A DNA stretch of 63,435 nucleotides, filler included, from Octopus bimaculoides (GCF_001194135.2; 8 parts of 7 records of this genome joined end to end with filler, not necessarily neighbours in it); one strand, 5' to 3'. Shown: positions 12,035 to 23,592, numbered from the whole stretch's first letter. The notes: generated by a model not told the origin, from the letters alone. Numbers and translations: made by a program.

Positions 12035-12839
12035 TATATGTATGTATGTATATGTATATATATATATATATATATATNNNNNNNNNNNNNNNNNNNNNNN
12101 NNNNNNNNNNNNNNNNNNNNNNNNNNNNNNNNNNNNNNNNNNNNNNNNNNNNNNNNNNNNNNNNNNNNNNNNNNNNNNNNNNNNNNNNNNNNNNNNNNNN
12201 NNNNNNNNNNNNNNNNNNNNNNNNNNNNNNNNNNNNNNNNNNNNNNNNNNNNNNNNNNNNNNNNNNNNNNNNNNNNNNNNNNNNNNNNNNNNNNNNNNNN
12301 NNNNNNNNNNNNNNNNNNNNNNNNNNNNNNNNNNNNNNNNNNNNNNNNNNNNNNNNNNNNNNNNNNNNNNNNNNNNNNNNNNNNNNNNNNNNNNNNNNNN
12401 NNNNNNNNNNNNNNNNNNNNNNNNNNNNNNNNNNNNNNNNNNNNNNNNNNNNNNNNNNNNNNNNNNNNNNNNNNNNNNNNNNNNNNNNNNNNNNNNNNNN
12501 NNNNNNNNNNNNNNNNNNNNNNNNNNNNNNNNNNNNNNNNNNNNNNNNNNNNNNNNNNNNNNNNNNNNNNNNNNNNNNNNNNNNNNNNNNNNNNNNNNNN
12601 NNNNNNNNNNNNNNNNNNNNNNNNNNNNNNNNNNNNNNNNNNNNNNNNNNNNNNNNNNNNNNNNNNNNNNNNNNNNNNNNNNNNNNNNNNNNNNNNNNNN
12701 NNNNNNNNNNNNNNNNNNNNNNNNNNNNNNNNNNNNNNNNNNNNNNNNNNNNNNNNNNNNNNNNNNNNNNNNNNNNNNNNNNNNNNNNNNNNNNNNNNNN
12801 NNNNNNNNNNNNNNNNNNNNNNNNNNNNNNNNNNNNNNN

Positions 12840-12883
<44 letters not shown>

Positions 12884-12954
12884 TAATCACTCGCCATATC
12901 ATGGTTCACCTATTGCGCCCTCAGTTCATTGCAGATTTTTCTGGCTATCATCAT

Positions 12955-13160
12955 CATCATCATCGTTTAACATCCGCTTTCCATGCTAGCATGGGTTGGA
13001 CGATTTGACTGAGGACTGGCATGCCAGAAGGCTGAACCAGGCTACAATCTGATCTGGCAGAGTTTCTACAGCTGGATGCCCTTCCTAACACCAACCACTC
13101 CGGGAGTGTAGTGGGTGCTTTTAAGTGCCACCCGCATGAAGGCCAGTCACATGAGGGCTG
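12955..13160 (-). mobile_element. RTE-LINE 3' tail / derived SINE ending in (GAT)n
   Basis: CATCATCGTTTAAC.TCCGCTTTCCATGCTAGCATGGGTTGGAC...GATGCCCTTCCTAAC family. Other copies near 15745, 19375(+), 23335, 37085, 39763, 46525, 48405, 49270(+), 55435. At 46525 it is contiguous with RTE ORF2. Confidence 0.8.
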
Positions 13161-13479
13161 CATGAGCATTTGGTTGATACTGTATTTACCACTAAACACA
13201 TTATAGCTACATGAAATAAAGTGTCTTGTTCGGACATTTTCCAGGAAATGAACTTAAGGTCTTTAGATTGTGAGCCTAACATCTTAAAGTCACCCTTAAA
13301 GGCCCAGTAAAAATATCCAGGACATTACAGCTGGAGGAGAAGAGAAAGAGAGAGAGCGGGCAGCACGAAGATGTAGCTGGTACTGCATTTACTGCTAAGT
13401 ACACAGGGAACAGAAAATAAAGTTTCTTGTTTAAGGAGACAATGGGCTGCATGTTCCAGGAATTGAACTTGTGAGCTTG

Positions 13480-13770
13480 AGATTCTGACGGATATTTGTC
13501 CTCATCTTGTTTGTTGTTAACACAACGTTTCGGCTGATATACCCTCCAGCCTTCGTCAGGTGTCTTGGGGAAATTTCGAACCTGGGTTCTCATTCTTGTC
13601 GATGTTACTATTATTATTATTATATTATTATTATTACGAGCTAGTTTTTGATGGAGTTTCTCTATATGTCTCCAATGAAGTCTAATGTCGGCTCCATACC
13701 GATTAGATAATACAGTTCTATATTTAAGAGATGAGGAATTATTTACATTATTTACATTTGACGGATATTC
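13480..13770 (-). mobile_element. Penelope-like element terminal repeat (pLTR) fragments, apparently tandem
   Basis: GACGGATATTTGTCCTCATCTTG motif at ~13488, starting again at ~13759 before the gap and present at ~40047. Contains a hammerhead motif. Confidence 0.7.
13519..13564 (-). ncRNA. Complete minimal type I hammerhead ribozyme
   Basis: Minus strand: GACAC-CUGACGA-A-GGCUG(GAGGGUAUAU)CAGCC-GAAAC-GUU|GUGUU. Stem I 5 bp, stem II 5 bp, palindromic ACGU stem III, intact core. Confidence 0.85.
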
Positions 13771-14337
13771 NNNNNNNNNNNNNNNNNNNNNNNNNNNNNN
13801 NNNNNNNNNNNNNNNNNNNNNNNNNNNNNNNNNNNNNNNNNNNNNNNNNNNNNNNNNNNNNNNNNNNNNNNNNNNNNNNNNNNNNNNNNNNNNNNNNNNN
13901 NNNNNNNNNNNNNNNNNNNNNNNNNNNNNNNNNNNNNNNNNNNNNNNNNNNNNNNNNNNNNNNNNNNNNNNNNNNNNNNNNNNNNNNNNNNNNNNNNNNN
14001 NNNNNNNNNNNNNNNNNNNNNNNNNNNNNNNNNNNNNNNNNNNNNNNNNNNNNNNNNNNNNNNNNNNNNNNNNNNNNNNNNNNNNNNNNNNNNNNNNNNN
14101 NNNNNNNNNNNNNNNNNNNNNNNNNNNNNNNNNNNNNNNNNNNNNNNNNNNNNNNNNNNNNNNNNNNNNNNNNNNNNNNNNNNNNNNNNNNNNNNNNNNN
14201 NNNNNNNNNNNNNNNNNNNNNNNNNNNNNNNNNNNNNNNNNNNNNNNNNNNNNNNNNNNNNNNNNNNNNNNNNNNNNNNNNNNNNNNNNNNNNNNNNNNN
14301 NNNNNNNNNNNNNNNNNNNNNNNNNNNNNNNNNNNNA

Positions 14338-14645
14338 TTGTGAGTGTTTATTGAGCGAAAACACCTAAGGCTCCACGAGGCTCCGGCAGGGGATGGTGGC
14401 GAACCCTGCTGTACTCTTCCACCACAACTTTCTCTCACTCTTTCTTCCTGTTTCTGTTGTGCCTGTAATTCAAAGGGTCGGCCTTGTCACAGTCTGTGTC
14501 ACGCTGAATATCCCCGAGAATTACGTTAAGGGTACACGTGTCTGTGGAGTGCTCAGCCACTTGCACGTTAATTTCACGAGCAGGCTGTTCCATTGATCGG
14601 AATCAACTGGAACCCTCGACGTCGTAAGCGACGGAGTGCCAACAT
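14338..14645 (+). mobile_element. tRNA-derived SINE (GGAGGCGCAATGGCCCAGTGG family), 5' part in gap
   Basis: Near-identical to the body of the full copy at 17961-18332. Confidence 0.85.
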
Positions 14646-14864
14646 ACAACAGTGAGGTTGTGTGACTAATATCTTAAAATTACCCTTGGCCCAGCAGAAG
14701 ATCTGGAGCATCACAGCTGGAAGGAAAGAGAGAGAGAGTTGTACCAGTGCTTGGTTGGTGTTAATTTTTCCAGCTAAATAGACTGGAACAATCTAAAATA
14801 GAATACCTTGATCGAGGAAACAACCTGCTTTTTATTCCAGGAAATTGTGAGCTATGCAGCACAC

Positions 14865-14899
<35 letters not shown>

Positions 14900-16544
14900 C
14901 TGTAGCCATCTGTTTGATGGCATTTAGTTTCAGGGTGACGCTGTAATTGCCATGTGGAGACACGTGGTGTGGATTGTGACGTTGACAGGCTGTTAATTCA
15001 CACAGTAAAAGACAAACTAAATGTTGTCGAGAGGGCAAAAAGTAACATCTGTCTTGGATAATTACATGGACTAAATAACAAAATAACAGCTGGGTTGGAA
15101 GAGGGAGTTTATTGATTTTGTATATTAATATATATATGTTGTATGTATATTTGCATGTCTCAGTTTGTACATACATACATGTACATACTGGAGGCACATA
15201 GCCTAGTGGTTAGAGCGCTGGACACGCGGTCGAGGTATTGTAGGTTCGAATCTCAGACTGAGCGATGTGTGTGTTTATGAGCGAAACACCTAAGCTCTAC
15301 ACGGCTCCGGCAAAAGTGGGTTTGAATCTCAGACTGAACGATGTGTGTGTTTATGAGCGAAAACACCTAAGCTCCACGCGGCTCCGGCAGAAGGTAATAA
15401 CGAACTTCTGCTGACTCTTTCGCCACAACTTTCTCTAATTCTTTCCTCCTGCATCTAGCAGCTCTCCTGCGACGGGTTGGCGTCCCATCCAGGTGGGGAA
15501 CNNNNNNNNNNNNNNNNNNNNNNNNNNNNNNNNNNNNNNNNNNNNNNNNNNNNNNNNNNNNNNNNNNNNNNNNNNNNNNNNNNNNNNNNNNNNNNNNNNN
15601 NNNNNNNNNNNNNNNNNNNNNNNNNNNNNNNNNNNNNNNNNNNNNNNNNNNNNNNNNNNNNNNNNNNNNNNNNNNNNNNNNNNNNNNNNNNNNNNNNNNN
15701 NNNNNNNNNNNNNNNNNNNATATATATTACCATATATATATCATCATCATCATCGTTTAACGTCTGCTTTCCATGCTAGCATGGGTTGGACGATTTGACT
15801 GAGGACTGGTGAAACCGGATGGCAACACCAGGCTCCAGTAATATATATATATATATATATATATGTAAGTAACTGGGACTTCTGGCAAATTGCTGTGCTT
15901 GAGAAGGTACGTCAAGCTAAGTGAAATCGTGGTCGCGGATGACCTAAGAATGGCACCTGTGCTGGTGACACACAAAAAAGCACAAATGCCGGTGATACAT
16001 TAAGAGCACCCATGTTGGTGCCACATGAGTGCCAGTGACATTTAAGAGGCACTTGGGCTGGTGATACATATGTATGAGTGTGTGTGTATTCTTTTATTCT
16101 TTTAAGCCATTTGACTGCAGCCATGCCTTAAAGGGATTCTTTTAGGCAAAAGAAATCAAGCTATACATTTGATGTTATCTCATCTCTCATCCCTTTCTCT
16201 ATCATTTTCTTGCTTCTATCTTTCTCTCTTTCTACCGTTTCTTTCCCTCTCTCAACCCTCTATATTTCTTGCTCCCATTTTTCTCTCTTTGCCCCCCCCC
16301 TCTCTCTGCCCCCTGTATTCCCTGCTTCCATTTCTCTGTCTCTTCCTCTCTGTTTGCCACCCCTTACCCTTCTCTGTCCTCTATATTCCTTGCTTAGATA
16401 TGTCCTCAACAATTCTCCGCCCCTTTATCCTTCATAATCCTCAACACGACAACCCTGCAATCCATAATCTCTCTCCACGACCGCAGGGGGTCACAATTAA
16501 CATGCCGTCGCCCTTCGTCAACATTACCAATTCTTCAATTTCAG

Positions 16545-16740
16545 ATTTACAGTCCCGACGGCAAAGTAATCCACACGGGAGACAGGGAGTCAAATGGCAA
16601 GTATACCTTTGCTGCACACATGGACGGCACCTACAAGTACTGCTTCAGCAACAAGATGTCTACGATGACCCCTAAAGTCGTGATGTTCAGTGTGGACATT
16701 GGTGAGAAACCCAAAGACACAAACAACATGGATACTGATT
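16545..16740 (+). CDS. TMED2: TMED2 exon 2
   Basis: Acceptor TTTCAG|ATT; [65 protein letters not shown]; donor GTGAGT at 16741, phase 1. Confidence 0.97.
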
Positions 16741-16826
16741 GTGAGTTAATTTACTTGTTTAACCCTTTAATCTCAGATTTCAAAAAAAACCCCAGCATGG
16801 CCACAGTCTTATGACTGAAATAAGTC

Positions 16827-17652
16827 GGCGATCTTTCGACACTAGTCCACCACAACTCCCAGTCGTTGCGCGCACGCATACTAATTACATGATCGTATAG
16901 TGTGTTTATGTGTTTAAAGTTTCAGTTCGGATGGCACCTTACTCACTCGCACCTTGGCCACACGTTTGCCGCAGTACGAAGGCAAGAGCACCCATTATTC
17001 CTCTGTCCTTATTGCTNNNNNNNNNNNNNNNNNNNNNNNNNNNNNNNNNNNNNNNNNNNNNNNNNNNNNNNNNNNNNNNNNNNNNNNNNNNNNNNNNNNC
17101 TTGGCCACACGTTTGCCGCAGTACGAAGGCAAGAGCACCCATTATTCCTCTGTCCTTATTGCCCCTGTGGAGTGCTTTATTTGCTTCCTCCTCCGTTGTG
17201 AAGCGCACCTCCACAGTGGCGTATCTCCTCCCTATACTGATTACATGATCGTATAGTGTGTTTATGTGGTTAAAGTTTCAGTTCGGATGGCACCTTACTC
17301 ACTCGCACCTTGGCCACACGTTTGCCGCAGTACGAAGGCAAGAGCACCCATTATTCCTCTGTCCTTATTGCTCCTGTGGAGTGCTTCATTTGCTTCCTCC
17401 TCCGTTGTGAAGCGCACCTCCACAGTGGCGTATCTCCTCCCTATACTGATTACATGATCGTATAGTGTGTTTATGTGTTTAAAGTTTGAGAACTGTATGC
17501 ATCTGAGGGGGAGAAGGTTTGAGTTTCTATTTAATGTTGTCTTTTCATATTTTCAAGTCATTTAAACACATAAACACACTATACGATCATGTAATCAGTA
17601 TGCGTGTGCGCAACGACCGGAAGTTGTGGTGGACTAGTATCGAAAGATCGCC
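16827..17652. mobile_element. Foldback/MITE-like element with 92-bp TIRs and internal 209-bp tandem repeats
   Basis: Arms 16827-16918 and 17561-17652 are reverse complements with few mismatches (GGCGATCTTTCGA...GTGTTTAAA). Internal unit repeats at a 209-bp period (17235 to 17444). No clear TSD. Confidence 0.85.
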
Positions 17653-17791
17653 AACAAATGAAAGTAGAAGCATTGTCCTTAAGTATTCACATCCCTTTCC
17701 GAAACTGATTAAATAGATTATAATTTATGCATCGTGAGAAACCTGATGTAATCATTGTAACTAAGAGGTTTTTTTTTGCTGTTGTTTCTAG

Positions 17792-17899
17792 CACACCACA
17801 GTAAACTATCTGGCATGATTGACGAGCTATCGACAGCCCTAACAGGTGTGAAGCACGAACAGGAGTATATGGAAGTCCGTGAGAGGATTCATCGAGCCA
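17792..17899 (+). CDS. TMED2: TMED2 exon 3 (coiled-coil)
   Basis: Acceptor TTTCTAG|CA; (S)[35 protein letters not shown]; donor GTAAGT at 17900, phase 1; in frame with exon 2. Confidence 0.96.
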
Positions 17900-17960
17900 G
17901 TAAGTATTTCTGTTTATTATTGGGGGTGTTGTCTGAATAATTGTCCAGTACCTGACTTGT

Positions 17961-18332
17961 GTGGAGGCGCAATGGCCCAGTGGTTAGGGCAACGGACTCG
18001 CGGTTTCGATTCCCAGACCAGGCGTTGTGAGTGTTTATTGAGCGAAAACACCTAAAGCTCTACGAGGCTCCGGCAGGGGGATGGTGCCGAACCCTGCTGT
18101 ACTCTTTCACCACAACTTTCTCTCACTCTTACTTCCTGTTTCTGTTGTGCCTGTAATTCAAAGGGGTCAGCCTTGTCACACTCTGTGTCACGCTGAATAT
18201 CCCCCGAGCACTACGTTAAGGGTACACGTGTCTGTGGAGTGCTCAGCCACTTGCACGTTAATTTCACGAGCAGGCTGTTCCGTTGATCGGATCAACTGGA
18301 ACCCTCGTCGTCGTAAGCGACGGGGTGCCAAC
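17961..18332 (+). mobile_element. Full-length tRNA-derived SINE with target-site duplication
   Basis: A box TGGCCCAGTGG, B box GGTTTCGATTCC; 11-bp TSD ACCTGACTTGT at 17950-17960 and 18333-18343. Confidence 0.9.
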
Positions 18333-18367
18333 ACCTGACTTGTTCATTGAGTTTAAAGGGCAGTTAT

Positions 18368-19225
18368 TCCTGTTACTGATTGTGGTGTTGTAAGAACGAT
18401 CATCCCTGTTGTGTTGTCATTTGGGTTGACCCCCTGTTGTAGTGTTAGGAAAACAGTTACCCATGGTCGTGGTGTTGTGAGGGCTGCCATCTCTGTTGTT
18501 GTGTTGTGAAGGCAGTCACCCCTGTTGCGGTGTTGTGAGGGTAGTCACACAAGTTTTGGTTTTGTGAGGACAGCCACACTTGATTGTGGTGTTGTGAGAA
18601 CGATGACCCCTGTTTGCGGCGCTGTGTGAATTAGTCACCCTTGGTTGTGGTGTTGTGAAGGCTGTCATCTCTGTTGTTGTGTTGTGAAAGCAGTCACCAC
18701 TGTTGTGGTATTGTGAGAACAATGACCCCCGTTTGTGGCGCTGTGTGAATTAGTCACCCTTGGTTGTGGTGTTGTGAAGGCTGTCATCTCTGTTGTGGTG
18801 TTGTGAAGACAGTCACCCCTGTTGTCGTGTTGTGAGGGTAGTTACAAAAGTTTTGGTTGTGTGAGGGCTGTCGCCCCTGTTGTGATTTTGTGAAGACAGC
18901 CACACTTGATTGTGGTTTTTGTGAGAATGATAACCCCTGTTATGTAGACTGTCAATCCTGTTTGTGGTGCTGTGTGAACAGTCACCCTTGGTTGTGGTGT
19001 TGTGAGGGCTGTCACCCCTGGTTTTATGGGGGGGGCAGTCACACTTGGTTGAAGTGTTGTAAGAACAGTCACTCCTATTGTGTTGTTGTGTAGGCTGCCA
19101 CCCCTGTTTATGGTGTTTGTGTGAACAACCACCCTTAGTTGTGGTATTGTGAAGGCTGTGGTCTCTGTTGTGGTGTTGTGAGAGTAGTCTCCCTTGTCGT
19201 GGTGTTGAGGGTACAGTCACCTGCT
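18368..19225. repeat. ~30-bp minisatellite (GTCACCCCTGTTGTGGTGTTGTGAGGGCA-like) with ~119-bp higher-order period
   Basis: Monomer visible throughout. Variant GAGAAC.ATGACCCC recurs at 18596 and 18715, followed by the same run of variant monomers. Confidence 0.85.
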
Positions 19226-19341
19226 GTGGTTAACTATTGGTCAAGTATCTTCTACAATCCCAGGCTGACCAAAGCCTTACATGTAGATTTGGTAGACAGA
19301 AACTGAAAGAAGCTTATTGTATGTGTGTATCTATCTATCTA

Positions 19342-19374
<33 letters not shown>

Positions 19375-20899
19375 TCTCTGAGTGGTTGGCGTTAGGAAGG
19401 GCATCCAGCTGTAGAAACTCTGCCAAATTTAGATTGGAGCCTGGTGTTGCCATCCGGTTTCACCAGTCTTCAGTCAAGTCGTCTAACCCATGCTAGCATG
19501 GAAAGCGGACGTTAAACGATGATGATGATGATGATATCTAATATCTGCTTGTTGCCCACCACTGCTTGACAACCGTTGTTAGTGTGTTTACATCCTTGTA
19601 ACTTAGAAGTTTGGCAAAAAAGACCGATAGAATAAGTACCTGGCTTTAAAACAAAAATACTGGGGTCAGTTTGTTCAACTAAAACCCTTCAAGGTAGTGC
19701 TCCAGCATGGTCATAATCTAAAACACAACCTGGACCCTAAATAAGGTATGTGTAAAATTTGAATGAAATTGGTTGTGTAGTTCTCGAGTTTTAGGGATTC
19801 ACACAGACACAAACACACACATACATGGTGGGCTTCTTTCAGTTTCCACTTACCAGATCCATTCACAAGGCTTTGGTCAGCTCCAGGCTATAGCAAATGA
19901 CACTTGGCCAAGGTTGCCATACAGTGGGACTGAACCCGGAACCTTGTGGTTGGGAAGCGACCTTCTCAATCACATATACATGTCTACATGTTAGCACGCC
20001 GGGCGAAATGCTTAGCGGTATTTCGTCTACCGCTACGTTCTGAGTTCAAATTCCGCCGAGGTCGACTCTGCCTTTCATCCTTTCGGGGTCGATTAAATAA
20101 GTACCAGTTACGCACTGGGGTCGGTATAATCGACTTAATCCGTTTGTCTGTCCTTGTTTGTCCCCTCTGTGTGTAGCCCCTTGTGGGTAGTAAAGAAATA
20201 ACACACACACGCACACATATATGTGACAGGCNNNNNNNNNNNNNNNNNNNNNNNNNNNNNNNNNNNNNNNNNNNNNNNNNNNNNNNNNNNNNNNNNNNNN
20301 NNNNNNNNNNNNNNNNNNNNNNNNNNNNNNNNNNNNNNNNNNNNNNNNNNNNNNNNNNNNNNNNNNNNNNNNNNNNNNNNNNNNNNNNNNNNNNNNNNNN
20401 NNNNNNNNNNNNNNNNNNNNNNNNNNNNNNNNNNNNNNNNNNNNNNNNNNNNNNNNNNNNNNNNNNNNNNNNNNNNNNNNNNNNNNNNNNNNNNNNNNNN
20501 NNNNNNNNNNNNNNNNNNNNNNNNNNNNNNNNNNNNNNNNNNNNNNNNNNNNNNNNNNNNNNNNNNNNNNNNNNNNNNNNNNNNNNNNNNNNNNNNNNNN
20601 NNNNNNNNNNNNNNNNNNNNNNNNNNNNNNNNNNNNNNNNNNNNNNNNNNNNNNNNNNNNNNNNNNNNNNNNNNNNNNNNNNNNNNNNNNNNNNNNNNNN
20701 NNNNNNNNNNNNNNNNNNNNNNNNNNNNNNNNNNNNNNNNNNNNNNNNNNNNNNNNNNNNNNNNNNNNNNNNNNNNNNNNNNNNNNNNNNNNNNNNNAAA
20801 GAAAAAAAAACATAAAAAAAAACATTTAAAAAAAAACAACAAAAAAAAAATCAAACATTTTCTGAAATATTTTTTTAATGAAAAACTAATTTATGTTTT

Positions 20900-20939
20900 T
20901 GTTACTGCTTAATATGATTATTATTATTATTATTATCAT

Positions 20940-20971
<32 letters not shown>

Positions 20972-21032
20972 TTATGACTACAATCATCCTCATTGCAATC
21001 GCCATTACTAATAATAGTATTAGTATTATAAA

Positions 21033-21065
<33 letters not shown>

Positions 21066-21235
21066 AAATATGATCATCCTCATCATCACAATCATCAACT
21101 GCTATTGTTCTGATTATTATTATTATTACTAATTATTATCATTATTATTCTGAATACAATCTTCATCATCATTTTTGCAATCTTCATTATTAATTATTAA
21201 TTAATTATTATTGTTGTTATTATTATCAATTTCTA
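20900..21235. repeat. (ATT)n/(CAT)n degenerate trinucleotide array
   Basis: Directly visible; source of the poly-Ile ORFs. Confidence 0.9.
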
Positions 21236-21585
21236 ATATTGGCACACATGGTAAACAGATTTTTTTTTTTTTCTTGAAGCAGCGGGTGGGGTGAGGTGAG
21301 GTGGGGGCGGAGTGAACGGGGATAATGTTGATAAAAAAGAATTTGGTTTCTACCCCCCCAGCACACAGCTGGTACTTGCCTTTTCTGATCGACGGGGCGC
21401 CAACCGACCATCAGGGGCAAAATGGAAGGCAAAGAAGAATCGGTCAGGGTGAGATTTGAACTGGGAACCTGGCAAGAGATGCTGAAATTAACTAATAACT
21501 ACCACAAGACTATTCTCTTTGTCACTCTACCGATTCTATCAAACAGCCACACTATTAACGATTACTATTATGATTATCATGATAA

Positions 21586-21624
<39 letters not shown>

Positions 21625-21628
<4 letters not shown>

Positions 21629-21957
21629 TATACACTCAACAGATTAGACTGTTGGAAAAGAAAAAAATCCTAACATCAGGCCACAACAAGTTGCCTCAGA
21701 TGCCAAAACCCTCCTATCGGGTTACAGCAAGTAACCTTAGATGCCAAGAACCTTCCTAAGTATCCTAGCTGTCCCTAATAACACTGTTTTCTGGGGTTGT
21801 ACTAAACTGGGTTTCATGCCTATTTCCTCTATCCATCTGTTCAGATCTTTAGGCATAGTTCCCAATGCACCTGTAACTACTGGGATAAATTTTACCCACA
21901 CTTTCGGTAGTTTCTGTAATTCAATGGCTAGGTCCTGGTACTTTGTTATTTTTTCTA
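21625..21957 (-). mobile_element. 5'-truncated R4/Dong-like non-LTR retrotransposon (restriction-like endonuclease C-terminus + 3' UTR)
   Basis: EKITKYQDLAIELQKLPKVWVKFIPVVTGALGT...QKTVLLGTARILRKVLGI* matches the RLE C-terminal motif of R4-clade elements. Flanked by (TTA)n on both sides. Confidence 0.8.
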
Positions 21958-21974
21958 TTATTATTATTATTTTC

Positions 21975-22510
21975 GGATCTTTTTTAAAACGGGGGCCACA
22001 TTTTTCATTAACGAAACACTTTGAAACTTGGAACACTGGTAGAATGTGTCATATAAAACATCTTTTTCTCTTAGTCTTCTTAAAAAAAAAAGAAATCCCT
22101 AAGTTATTCCATGTTAAAGTTGTCGTATTTCTGTAATTTCAACCAATCACTGACGTCCATTCAGCCGATATACATTAAGTTCCGACTACATAAACAAACG
22201 ATTCTGAAACAATTCTATCGGTGATAGGGTTAGGGTAAAACAGCAAATTTAAAAAGAAAAAAGCAAATAAAAGGAAGCTATGGCCTTAATCAGCCAAAGG
22301 AGTAAATGTAAACAACTGAATACTTGTCAGTGATTGGTTGAAATTATCGAAATAAGACAATTTTTTACATGAAATAAATTCGAATACAAAAATATTTTTC
22401 TGTTCTATAACACAAAATAGATAAGTATACGAAGTTTGAAAGTCTTTCGGTACCAAAAACACTACGTAAAACATTAATGAAAAATGTGGCCCCCGTTTTA
22501 AAAAAGATCC
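21975..22510. mobile_element. MITE, 536 bp, ~37-bp perfect TIRs and 8-bp TSD
   Basis: TIR GGATCTTTTTTAAAACGGGGGCCACATTTTTCATTAA and its reverse complement at ~22474-22510; TSD TTATTTTC at 21967-21974 and 22511-22518. Confidence 0.92.
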
Positions 22511-22514
22511 TTAT

Positions 22515-22800
22515 TTTCATATACACACAACAGATTAGACTGTTGGAAAAGAAAAAAATCCTAACATCAGGCTACAAGTTGCCTTAGATGCCAAGAACCC
22601 TCCTAAGTATCCTAGCTACCCCTAATAACACTATAAACTGAGTTTTATGCCTATTTCCTCTAGCCATCTGTTCAAATCTTTAGGGATAGTTCCCAATGTA
22701 CCAATAACTACTGAGATGCATTTTACCCACACTTTCTCTGTAATTCAATAGCAAGGTCCTGGTACTTTGCTGTTTTTTTCTGTACTTCTCATATTAATGT
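22515..22800 (-). mobile_element. Second, more decayed R4/Dong-like 3' fragment
   Basis: Paralogous to 21625-21957 (CAGATTAGACTGTTGGAAAAGAAAAAAATCCTAACATCAGGC...); followed by (ATT)n. Confidence 0.8.
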
Positions 22801-23022
22801 TTCCATCATTTTTCATCATTTAGGACTATTATTATTATCATTATTATTATTGTTATTATTATTATAGTGGCAAGCTGGTAGAATTGTGAGCATGTCGGGG
22901 GGGAAAAAATGCTTAGCAGCATTTCATCCCTCTGAAATAAGTCCCAGATAAGCACTGGTATCAAAGTAAGTGACTAACTACTCCCTCCCTGAAATTATTA
23001 GCTTTGTGTCAGAATTTGAAAC

Positions 23023-23064
<42 letters not shown>

Positions 23065-23300
23065 CTGTCCCTGTGGCCAATAAAAAAATTATTATTATTA
23101 TTTTACTTGTTTCGTTATTTGAATGTGGCCATGCTGGAGCACTGCCTTTAGTCGAACAAATCAACCCCAGGACTTATTCTTTATAAGCCTAGCACTTGTT
23201 CTATCAGTGTCTTTTTGTCGAACTGCTAAGTCACAAGGAGGTAAACACACCAACATTGGTTGTTAAGCGATGGTGGAGGGACAAACACAGACACACAAAC

Positions 23301-23334
<34 letters not shown>

Positions 23335-23537
23335 CATCATCATCATCATCGTTTAACGTCCGCTTTCCATGCTAGCATGGGTTGGACGATTTGACTGAGG
23401 ACTGGTGCAACCGGATGGCTACACCAGGCTCCAATCTNNNNNNNNNNNNNNNNNNNNNNNNNNNNNNNNNNNNNNNNNNNNTTAATTAATTAANNNNNNN
23501 NNNNNNNNNNNNNNNNNNNNNNNNNNNNNNNNNNNNN

Positions 23538-23592
<55 letters not shown>

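Noticed and set aside
16882-17483. CRISPR-like or gene-like repeated units
   Set aside because: Units are contiguous 209-bp tandem copies with no unique spacers, inside a TIR element in a eukaryotic intron.
17963-18020. tRNA-like sequences at SINE heads
   Set aside because: A and B boxes are present but there is no complete cloverleaf; they continue into SINE bodies, so they are not tRNA genes.
18813-19220. Cys-rich or Thr/His-rich ORFs resembling metallothionein or mucin
   Set aside because: They are frames of the 30-bp minisatellite, with no splice or start context.
23482-23493. TTAATTAATTAA islands in gaps (also 26402, 29326, 36547, 45606, 58891, 60579), superficially like regularly spaced repeats
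   Set aside because: Each is exactly N44 + 12 + N44 = 100 bp; the palindrome gives stops in all six frames. It is an artificial unknown-size gap marker, not biology.
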